64,000 nt of DNA, from contig OZ024742.1 in assembly GCA_964016885.1 (NCBI GenBank), positions 348,688,001 to 348,752,000 of the forward strand, given 5' to 3'. The position numbers and the translations under genes are program-made. Positions 1-11,307 of the stretch are shown here, piece after piece; positions within the stretch are counted from its first letter, which is position 1; every line of letters starts with the position of its first letter. The notes beneath the pieces are model-generated. The model had not been told where the DNA came from, did no database searches, and worked only from the letters and a program-made list of their open reading frames with translations. This DNA comes from Eledone cirrhosa. Lineage: Eukaryota.

Positions 1-3000
1 AGGTGTTCTACTCAGGTGTAGATGGACAGTTAAGGTGTTCTACTCAGGTGTAGTTGGACAGTTAAGGTGTTCTACTGATGTGTGGTTGGACAGTTAAAGT
101 GTTCTACTCAGGTGTGGTTGGACAGTTAACGTGTTCTACTGATATGTGGTTGGTTAGTTAAGGTGTTCTACTCAGGTGTGGTTGGACAGTTAAGGTGTTC
201 TACTGATGTGTGGTTGGTTAGTTAAGTTATTCTACTCAAGTGTAGTTGAACAGTTAAGGTGTACTATTCAGGTCTGGTTGAACAGTTAAGGTGTTCTACT
301 CAGGTGTAGTTGAACAGTTAAGATGTTCTATTTAGCTGTAGTTGAACAGTTAAGGTGTTCTATTCAGGTGTGGTTGGTTAGTTAATGTGCTCTACTCAGG
401 TGTAGATGGACAGTTAAGGTGTTCTACTCAGGTGTGGTTGAACAGTTAAGGTGTTCTACTCAGGTGTGGCTGGACAGCTAATGTGTTCTACGCAGGTGTG
501 GTTGGACAGTTAAGGTGTTCTATTCAGCTGTAGTTGAACAGTTAAGGTGTTCTATTCAGGTGTGGTTGGTTAGTTAAGGTGCTCTACTCAAGTGTAGTTG
601 GACGTTTAAGGTGTTCTACTCAGGTGTAGATGGACAGTTAAGGGGTTCTACTCGGGTGTAGTTGGACAGTTAAGGTGTTCTACTCAGGTGTGGTTGAACA
701 GTTAAGGTGTTCTACTCAGGTGTGGTTGGACAGCTAAGGTGTTCTACTCAGGTGTAGTTGGACAGTTAAGGTGTTCTACACAGGTGTGGTTGGACAGGTA
801 CGGTGTTCTACTCAGGTGTAGATGGACAGTTAAGGTGTTCTACTGATGTGTGGTTGGACAGTTAAGTTGTTCTACTCAGGTGTGGTTGGACAGTTAAGGT
901 GTTCTACTGATATGTGGTTGGTTAGTTAAGGTGTTCTACTCAGGTGTGGTTGGACAGTTAAGGTGTTCTACTGATGTGTGGTTGGTTAGTTAAGGTGTTC
1001 TACTCAAGTGTAGGTGAACAGTTAAGGTGTTCTATTCAGGTGTAGTTGGACAGTTAAGGTGTTCTACTCAGGTGTGGTTGAACAGTTAAGGCGTTCTACT
1101 CAGGTGTAGTTGGACAGTTAAGGTGTTCTACTCAGGTGTAGTTGGACAGTTAAGGTGTTCTATTCAGGTGTAGATGGATAGTTAAGGTGTTCTACTCAGG
1201 TGTAGGTGAACAGTTAAGGTGTTCTATTCAGCTGTAGTTGAACAGTTAATGTGTTCTATTCAGGTGTGGTTGGTTAGTTAAGGTGCTCTACTCAGGTGTA
1301 GATGGACAGTTAAGGTGTTCTACTCAGGTGTAGATGGACAGTTAAGGTGTTCTACTCAGGTGTGGTTGGACAGTTAAGGTGTTCTACTCAGGTGTGGTTG
1401 GACAGCTAAGGTGTTCTACTCAGGTGTAGTTGGACAGTTAAGGTGTTCTACTCAAGTGTGGTTGGACAGGTAATGTGTTCTACTCAGGTGTAGATGGACA
1501 GTTAAGGTGTTCTACTGATGTGTGGTTGGTTAGTTAAGGTTTTCTACTCCGGTGTAGTTGGACATTTTAGGTGTTCTACTTATGTGTAGTTGGACAGTTA
1601 AGGTGTTCTACTCAGGTGTGGTTGAACAGATAAGTTGTTCTACTCAAGTGTAGTTGAACAGTTAAGGTTTTCTACTCAGGTGTGGTTGGACAGTTAATGG
1701 GTTCTACTCAGGTGTGGTTGAACAGTTAAGGTGTTCTACTCAGGTGTGGTTGGACAGTTAAGGTGTTCTACTCAGGTGTGGTTGAACAGTTAAGGTATTC
1801 TACTCAGGTGTAGTTGGACAGGTAAGGTTTTCTATTCAGGTGTGGTTGAACAGTTAAGGTGTTCTACTCAGGTGTGGTTGGACAGTGAAGGTGTTCTACT
1901 CAGGTGTAGTTGAACAGTTAAGGTGTTCTACTCAGGTGTAGTTGGACATTTAAGGTGTTCTATTCAGGTGTGGTTGAACAGTTAAGGTGTTCTACTGATG
2001 TGTGGTTGGACAGTTAAGGTGTTCTACTCAGGTGTGGTTGGACAGTTAAGGTGTTCTACTGATATGTGGTAGGTTAGTTAAGGTGTTCTACTCAGGTGTG
2101 GTTGGACAGTTAAGGTGTTCTACTGATGTGTGGTTGGTTAGTTAAGGTGTTCTACTCAAGTGTAGTTGAACAGTTAAGGTGTTCTATTCAGGTGTAGTTG
2201 GACATTTAAGGTGTTCTACTCAGGTGTGGTTGGACAGTTAAGGTGTTCTACTGATATGAGGTTGGTTAGTTAAGGTTTTCTACCCAGGTGTGGTTGGACA
2301 GTTAAGGTGTTCTACTGATGTGTGGTTGGTTAGTTAAGGTGTTCTACTCAAGTGTAGTTGAACAGTTAAGGTGTTCTATTCAGGTGTAGTTGGACAGTTA
2401 AGGTGTTCTACTCAGGTGTGGGTGAACAATTAAGGTGTTCTACTCAGGTGTAGTTGGACAGTTAGGGTGTTCTACTCAGGTGTAGTTGGACAGTTAAGGT
2501 GTTCTATTCAGGTGTGGTTGGACAGTTAAAGTGGTCTACTCAGGTGTGGTTGGTTAGTTAAGTTGTTCTACTCAGGTGTAGTTGGACAGTTAAGGTTTTC
2601 TACTGATGTGTGGTTGGTTAGTTAAGGTGGTCTACTCAGGTGTAGTTGAACAGTTAATGTGTTCTACTCAGCTGTGGTGGGATAGTTAAGGTGTTCTACT
2701 GATGTGTGGTTGGTTAGTTAAGGTGTTCTACTCAGGTCTAGTTGGACAGTTAAGGTGTTCTACTCAGGTGTGGTTGGACAGTTAAGCTGTTCTACTGATG
2801 TGTGTTTGGTTAGTTAATGTGTTCTACTCAGGTGTGGTTGGACAGCTAAGGTGTTCTACTCAGGTGTGTTTGGACAGTTAAGTTGTTCTACTGATGTGTG
2901 GTTGGTTAGTTAAGGTGTTCTACTCAAGTGTAGTTGGACGTTTAAGGTGTTCTACTCAGGTGTAGTTGAACAGTTAAGGTGTTCTATTCAGGTGTAGTTG

Positions 3001-6000
3001 GACAGTTAAGGTGCTCTACTCAGGCGTAGTTGAACAGTTAAGGTGTTCTATTCAGGTGGAGTTGAACAGTTAAGGTGTTCTATTCAGGTGTGGTTGTTTA
3101 TTTAAGGTGGTCTACTCAGGTGTAGATGGACAGTTAGGGTGTTCTACTCAGGTGTAGATGGACAGTTAAGGTGTTCTACTCAGGTGTAGTTGGACAGTTA
3201 AGGTGTTCTACTCAGGTGTGGTTGAACAGTTAAGGTGTTCTACTCAGGTGTGGTTGGACAGCTAAGGTGTTCTACTCAGGTTTAGTTGGACAGTTAAGGT
3301 GTTCTACTCAGGTGTGCTTGGACAGGGAAGGCGTTCTACTCAGGTGTAGATGGACAGTTAAGGTGTTCTACTATTGTGTGGTTGGTTAGTTAAGGTGTTC
3401 TACTCAGGTGTAGGTGGACATTTAAGGAGTTCTACTCAGGTGTAATGGGACAGTTAAGGTGTTCTCCTCAGGTGTGATTGGACAGTTAAGGTGTTCTACT
3501 GATGTGTGGTTGGTTAGTTAAGGTGTTCTATTCAGGTGTAGTTGGACAGGTAAGGTGTTCTACTCAGGTGTAGTTGGAGAGTTAAGGTGTTCTACTCAGG
3601 TGTGATTGGACAGTTAAAGTGTTCTACTGATGTGTGTTTGGTTAGTTAAGGTGTTCTACTCAGGTGTAGTTGGACATTTAAGGTGTTCTATTCAGGTGTA
3701 GTTAGACAGTTAAGGTGTTCTACTGATGTGTGGTTGAACAGTTAAGGTGCTCTAATCAGGTGTGGTTGGACAGTTAAGATGTTCTACTCATGCGTAGTTG
3801 AAGAGTTAAGGTGTTCTATTCAGGTGTAGTTGAACAGTTAAGGTGTTCTTTTCAGGTGTGGTTGGTTAGTTAAGGTGGTCTACTCAGGTGTAGATGGACA
3901 GTTAAGGTGTTCTACTCAGGTGTGATTGGTTAGTTAAGGTGGTCTACTCAGGTGTAGATGGACAGTTAAGGTGTTCTACTCAGGCGTAGTTGGACAGTTA
4001 AGTTGTTCTACTCAGGTGTGGTTGGACAGTTAAGGTGTTCTACTCAGGTGTGTTTGGACAGTTAAGGTGTTCTACTGATGTGTGGTTGGTTAGTTAAGGT
4101 GTTCTACTCAGGTGTAGTTGAACAGTAAAGGTGTTCTATTCAGGTGTAGTTGGACAGTTAAGGTGTTCTACTCAGGTGTAGTTGGACAGTTAAGGTGTTC
4201 TACTCAGGTGTAGTTGAACAGTTAAGGTGTTCTATTCAGGTGTGGTTGGTTATTTAAGGTGGTCTACTCAGGTGTAGATGGACAGTTAAGGTGTTCTACT
4301 CAGGTGTAGATGGACAGTTAAGTTGTTCTACTCAGGTGTAGTTGGACAGTTAAGGTGTTCTACTCAGGTGTGATTGGACAGTGAAGGTGTTCTACTCAGG
4401 TGTAGTTGAACAGTTAAGGTGTTCTACTCAGGTGTAGTTGGACATTTAAGGTGTTCTATTCAGGTGTGGTTGAACAGTTAAGGTGTTCTACTCAGGTGTG
4501 GTTGGACAGTTAAGGTGTTCTACTGATATGTGGTTGGTTAGTTAAGGTGTTCTACTCAGGTGTGGTTGGACAGTTAAGGTGTTCTACTGATATGTGGTTG
4601 GTTAGTTAAGGTGTTCTACTCAGGTGTGGTTGGACAGTTAAGGTGTTCTACTGATGTGTGGTTGGTTAGTTAAGGTATTCTACTCAAGTGTAGTTGAACA
4701 GTTAAGGTGTTCTACTCAGGTGTAGTTGGACAGTTAAGGTGTTCTACTCAGGTGTAGCTGGACATTTAAGGTGTTCTATTCAGGTGTGGTTGAACAGTTA
4801 AGGTGTTCTACTGATGTGTGGTTGGACAGTTAAGGTGTTCTACTCAGGTGTGGTTGGACAGTTCAGGTGTTCTACTGATATGTGGTTGGTTAGTTAAGGA
4901 GTTCTAATCAGGTGTGGTTGGACAGTTAAGGTGTTCTACTGATGTGTGGTTGGTTAGTTAAGGTGTTCTACTCAAGTGTAGTTGAACAGTTAAGGTGTTC
5001 TATTCAGGTGTAGTTGGACAGTTAAGGTGTTCTACTCAGGTGTGGTTGAACAGTTAAGGCGTTCTACTCAGGTGTAGTTGGACAGTTAAGGTGTTCTACT
5101 CAGGTGTAGTTGGACAGTTAAGGTGTTCTATTCAGGTGTGGTTGGACAGTTAAAGTGGTCTACTCAGGTGTGGTTGGTTAGTTAAGGTGTTCTACTCAGG
5201 TGTAGTTGATCAGTTAAGGTGTTCTATTCAGGTGTAGTTGGACAGTTAAGGTGTTCTACTCAGGTGTGGTTGGACAGTTAAGGTGTTCTACTGATGTGTG
5301 GTTGGTTAGTTAAGGTGTTCTACTCAAGTTTAGTTGGACATTTAAGGTGTTCTACTCAGGTGTAGTTGAACAGTTAAGGTGTTCTATTCAGCTGTAGTTG
5401 AACAGTTAAGGTGTTCTATTCAGGTGTGGTTGGTTAGTTAAGGTGCTCTACTCAGGTGTAGATGGACAGTTAAGGTGTTCTACTCAGGTGTAGATGGACA
5501 GTTAAGGTGTTCTACTCAGGTGTGGTTGAACAGTGAAGGTGTTCTACTCAGGTGTGGCTGGACAGCTAATGTGTTCTACGGAGGTGTGGTTGGACAGTTA
5601 AGGTGTTCTACTCAAGTGTGGTTGGACAGGTAATGTGTTCTACTGAGGTGTAGATGGACAGTTAAGGTGTTCTACTGATATGTGGTTGGTTAGTTAAGGT
5701 TTTCTACTCCGGTGTAGTTGGACATTTAAGGTGTTCTACTTATGTGTAGTTGGACAGTTAAGGTGTTCTACTCAGGTGTGGTTGAACAGTTACGTTGTTC
5801 TACTCAAGTGTAGTTGAACAGTTAAGGTGTTCTACTCAAGTGTGGTTGGACAGTTAATGTGTTCTACTCAGGTGTGGTTGAACAGTTAAGGTGTTCTACT
5901 CAGGTGTGGTTGGACAGTTAAGGTGTTCTACTCAGGTGTGGTTGAACAGTTAAGGTATTCTACTCAGGTGTAGTTGGACAGTTAAGGTGTTCTATTCAGG

Positions 6001-6912
6001 TGTGGTTGAACAGTTAAGGTGTTCTAGTCAGGTGTGGTTGGACAGTGAAGGTGTTCTAGTCAGGTGTAGTTGAACAGTTAAGGTGTTCTACTCAGGTGTA
6101 GTTGGACATTTAAGGTGTTCTATTCAGGTGTGGTTGAACAGTTAAGGTGTTCTACTGATGTGTGGTTGGACAGTTAAGGTGTTCTACTCAGGTGTGGTTG
6201 GACAGTTAAGGTGTTCTACTGATATGTGGTTGGTTAGTTAAGGTGTTCTACTCAGGTGTGGTTGGACAGTTAAGGTGTTCTACTGATGTGTGGTTGGTTA
6301 GTTAAGGTGTTCTACTCAAGTGTAGTTGAACAGTTAAGGTGTTCTATTCAGGTGTAGTTGGACATTTAAGGTGTTCTATTCAGGTGTGGTTGAACAGTTA
6401 AGGTGTTCTACTGATGTGTGGTTGGACAGTTAAGGTGTTCTACTCAGGTGTGGTTGGACAGTTAAGGTGTTCTACTGATATGTGGTTGGTTAGTTAAGGT
6501 GTTCTACTCAGGTGTGGTTGGACAGTTAAGGTGTTCTACTGATGTGTGGTTGGTTAGTTAAGGTGTTCTACTCAAGTGTAGTTGAACAGTTAAGGTGTTC
6601 TATTCAGGTGTAGTTGGACAGTTAAGGTGTTCTACTCAGGTGCGGTTGAACAGTTAAGGTGTTCTACTCAGGTGTAGTTGGACAGTTAAGGTGTTCTACT
6701 CAGGTGTAGTTGGACAGTTAAGGTGTTCTATTCAGGTGTGGTTGGACAGTTAAAGTGGTCTATTCAGGTGTAGTTGGACAGTTAAGGTGGTCTACTCAGG
6801 TGTAGTTGGACAGTTAAGGTGTTCTACTGATGTGTGGTGGTTGGTTAGTTAAGGTGTTCTACTCAGCTGTGGTGGGATAGTTAAGGTGTTCTACTGATGT
6901 GTGGTTGGTTAG

Positions 6913-9900
6913 TTAAGGTGTTCTACTCAGGTGTAGTTGGACAGTTAAGGTGTTCTACTCAGGTGTGGTTGGACAGTTAAGGTGTTCTACTGATGTGTGT
7001 TTGGTTAGTTAAGTTGTTCTACTCAGGTGTGGTTGGACAGCTAAGGTGTTCTACTCAGGTGTATTTGGACAGTTAAGGTGTTCTACTGATGTGTGGTTGG
7101 TTAGTTAAGGTGTTCTACTCAAGTGTAGTTGGACGTTTAAGGTGTTCTACTCAGGTGTAGTTGAACAGTTATGGTGTTCTATTCAGGTGTAGTTGGAAGT
7201 TAAGGTGTTCTACTCAGGCGTAGTTGAACAGTTAAGGTGTTCTATTCAGGTGGAGTTGAACAGTTAAGGTGTTCTATTCAGGTGTGGTTGTTTATTTAAG
7301 GTGGTCAACTCAGGTGTAGATGGACAGTTAAGGTGTTCTACTCAGGTGTAGATGGACAGTTAAGGTGTTCTACTCAGGTGTAGTTGGACAGTTAAGGTGT
7401 TCTACTCAGGTGTGGTTGAACAGTTAAGGTGTTCTACTCAGGTGTGGTTGGACAGCTAAGGTGTTCTACTCAGGTGTAGTTCGACAGTTAAGGTGTTCTA
7501 CTCAGGTGTGGTTGGACAGGTAAGGTGTTCTACTCAGGTGTAGATGGACAGTTAAGGTGTTTTACTGATGTGTGGTTGGTTAGTTAAGGTCTTCTACTCA
7601 GGTGTAGGTGGACATTTAAGGAGTTCTACTCAGGTGTAATTGGACAGTTAAGGTGTTCTCCTCAGGTGTGATTGGACAGTTAAGGTGTTCTACTGATGTG
7701 TGGTTGGTTAGTTAGGGTGTTCTATTCAGGTGTAGTTGGACAGGTAAGGTGTTCTACTCAGGTGTAGTTGGACAGTTAAGGTGTTCTACTCAGGTGTAGT
7801 TGGACAGTTAAGGTGTTCTACTCAGGTGTGATTGGACAGTTAAGGTGTTCTACTGATGTGTGGTTGGTTAGTTAAGGTGTTCTACTCAGGTGTAGTTGGA
7901 CATTTAAGGTGTTCTATTCAGGTGTAGTTGGACAGTTAAGGTGTTCTACTGATGTGTGGTTGAACAGTTAAGGTGTTCTACTCAGGTGTGATTGGACAGT
8001 TAAGGTGTTCTACTGATGTGTGGTTGGTTAGGTAAGGTGTTCTACTCAGGTGTATTTGGACATTTAAGGTGTTCTATTCAGGTGTAGTTGAACAGTTAAG
8101 GTGTTCTTTTCAGGTGTGGTTGGTTAGTTAAGGTGGTCTACTCAGGTGTAGATGGACAGTTAAGGTGTTCTACTCAGGTGTGGTTGGTTAGTTAAGGTGG
8201 TCTACTCAGGTGTAGATGGACAGTTAAGGTGTTCTACTCAGGTGTGATTGGTTAGTTAAGGTGGTCTACTCAGGTGTAGATGGACAGTTAAGGTGTTCTA
8301 CTCAGGCGTAGTTGGACAGTTAAGTTGTTCTACTCAGGTGTGGTTGGACAGTTAAGGTGTTCTACTCAGGTGTGTTTGGACAGTTAAGGTGTTCTACTGT
8401 TGTGTGGTTGGTTAGTTAAGGTGTTCTACTCAAGTGTAGTTGGACGTTTAAGGTGTTCTACTCAGGTGTAGTTGAACAGTTAAGGTGTTCTACTCAGGTG
8501 TGATTGGACAGTGAAGGTGTTCTACTCATGTGTAGTGGAACAGTTAACGTGTTCTACTCAGGTGTAGTTGGACAGTTAAGGTGTTCTATTCAGGTGTAGT
8601 TGAACAGTTAAGGTGTTCTATTCAGGTGTGGTTGGTTATTTAAGGTGGTCTACTCAGGTGTAGATGGACAGTTAAGGTGTTCTACTCAGGTGTAGATGGA
8701 CAGTTAAGGTGTTCTACTCAGGTGTAGTTGGACAGTTAAGGTGTTCTACTCAGGTGTGATTGGACAGTGAAGGTGTTCTACTCAGGTGTAGTTGAACAGT
8801 TAAGGTGTTCTACTCAGGTGTAGTTGGACATTTAAGGTGTTCTATTCAGGTGTGGTTGAACAGTTAAGGTGTTCTACTGATATGTGGTTGGTTAGTTAAG
8901 GTGTTCTACTCAGGTGTGGTTGGACAGTTAAGGTGTTCTACTGATGTGTGGTTGGTTAGCTAAGTTATTCTACTCAAGTGTAGTTGAACAGTTAAGGTGT
9001 TCTATTCAGGTGTAGTTGGACAGTTAAGGTGTTCTACTCAGGTGTGGTTGAACAGTTAAGGCGTTCTACTCAGGTGTAGTTGGACAGTTAAGGTGTTCTA
9101 CTCAGGTGTAGTTGGACAGTTAAGGTGTTCTACTCAGGTGTGGTTGGACAGTTAAGGTGTTCTACTGATGTGTGTTTGGTTAGTTAAGTTGTTCTACTCA
9201 GGTGTGGTTGGACAGCTAAGGTGTTCTACTCAGGTGTATTTGGACAGTTAAGGTGTTCTACTGATGTGTGGTTGGTTAGTTAAGGTGTTCTACTCAAGTG
9301 TAGTTGGACGTTTAAGGTGTTCTACTCAGGTGTAGTTGAACAGTTATGGTGTTCTATTCAGGTGTAGTTGGAAGTTAAGGTGTTCTACTCAGGCGTAGTT
9401 GAACAGTTAAGGTGTTCTATTCAGGTGGAGTTGAACAGTTAAGGTGTTCTATTCAGGTGTGGTTGTTTATTTAAGGTGGTCAACTCAGGTGTAGATGGAC
9501 AGTTAAGGTGTTCTACTCAGGTGTAGATGGACAGTTAAGGTGTTCTACTCAGGTGTAGTTGGACAGTTAAGGTGTTCTACTCAGGTGTGGTTGAACAGTT
9601 AAGGTGTTCTACTCAGGTGTGGTTGGACAGCTAAGGTGTTCTACTCAGGTGTAGTTCGACAGTTAAGGTGTTCTACTCAGGTGTGGTTGGACAGGTAAGG
9701 TGTTCTACTCAGGTGTAGATGGACAGTTAAGGTGTTTTACTGATGTGTGGTTGGTTAGTTAAGGTCTTCTACTCAGGTGTAGGTGGACATTTAAGGAGTT
9801 CTACTCAGGTGTAATTGGACAGTTAAGGTGTTCTCCTCAGGTGTGATTGGACAGTTAAGGTGTTCTACTGATGTGTGGTTGGTTAGTTAGGGTGTTCTAT

Positions 9901-11307
9901 TCAGGTGTAGTTGGACAGGTAAGGTGTTCTACTCAGGTGTAGTTGGACAGTTAAGGTGTTCTACTCAGGTGTAGTTGGACAGTTAAGGTGTTCTACTCAG
10001 GTGTGATTGGACAGTTAAGGTGTTCTACTGATGTGTGGTTGGTTAGTTAAGGTGTTCTACTCAGGTGTAGTTGGACATTTAAGGTGTTCTATTCAGGTGT
10101 AGTTGGACAGTTAAGGTGTTCTACTGATGTGTGGTTGAACAGTTAAGGTGTTCTACTCAGGTGTGATTGGACAGTTAAGGTGTTCTACTGATGTGTGGTT
10201 GGTTAGGTAAGGTGTTCTACTCAGGTGTATTTGGACATTTAAGGTGTTCTATTCAGGTGTAGTTGAACAGTTAAGGTGTTCTTTTCAGGTGTGGTTGGTT
10301 AGTTAAGGTGGTCTACTCAGGTGTAGATGGACAGTTAAGGTGTTCTACTCAGGTGTGGTTGGTTAGTTAAGGTGGTCTACTCAGGTGTAGATGGACAGTT
10401 AAGGTGTTCTACTCAGGTGTGATTGGTTAGTTAAGGTGGTCTACTCAGGTGTAGATGGACAGTTAAGGTGTTCTACTCAGGCGTAGTTGGACAGTTAAGT
10501 TGTTCTACTCAGGTGTGGTTGGACAGTTAAGGTGTTCTACTCAGGTGTGTTTGGACAGTTAAGGTGTTCTACTGTTGTGTGGTTGGTTAGTTAAGGTGTT
10601 CTACTCAAGTGTAGTTGGACGTTTAAGGTGTTCTACTCAGGTGTAGTTGAACAGTTAAGGTGTTCTACTCAGGTGTGATTGGACAGTGAAGGTGTTCTAC
10701 TCATGTGTAGTGGAACAGTTAACGTGTTCTACTCAGGTGTAGTTGGACAGTTAAGGTGTTCTATTCAGGTGTAGTTGAACAGTTAAGGTGTTCTATTCAG
10801 GTGTGGTTGGTTATTTAAGGTGGTCTACTCAGGTGTAGATGGACAGTTAAGGTGTTCTACTCAGGTGTAGATGGACAGTTAAGGTGTTCTACTCAGGTGT
10901 AGTTGGACAGTTAAGGTGTTCTACTCAGGTGTGATTGGACAGTGAAGGTGTTCTACTCAGGTGTAGTTGAACAGTTAAGGTGTTCTACTCAGGTGTAGTT
11001 GGACATTTAAGGTGTTCTATTCAGGTGTGGTTGAACAGTTAAGGTGTTCTACTGATATGTGGTTGGTTAGTTAAGGTGTTCTACTCAGGTGTGGTTGGAC
11101 AGTTAAGGTGTTCTACTGATGTGTGGTTGGTTAGCTAAGTTATTCTACTCAAGTGTAGTTGAACAGTTAAGGTGTTCTATTCAGGTGTAGTTGGACAGTT
11201 AAGGTGTTCTACTCAGGTGTGGTTGAACAGTTAAGGCGTTCTACTCAGGTGTAGTTGGACAGTTAAGGTGTTCTACTCAGGTGTAGTTGGACAGTTAAGG
11301 TGTTCTA
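6913..11307 (+). repeat. Near-identical tandem duplication of a 2175-bp (68-monomer, -1 bp) block
   Basis: Rare variants recur at exactly +2175: ggaagtt deletion 7195/9370, ttcgac 7482/9657, ttagctaagttattc 8960/11135. The ttatgg, ggtcttc and ttaacgtg variants are also present in both copies. Boundaries are approximate. Confidence 0.92.
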
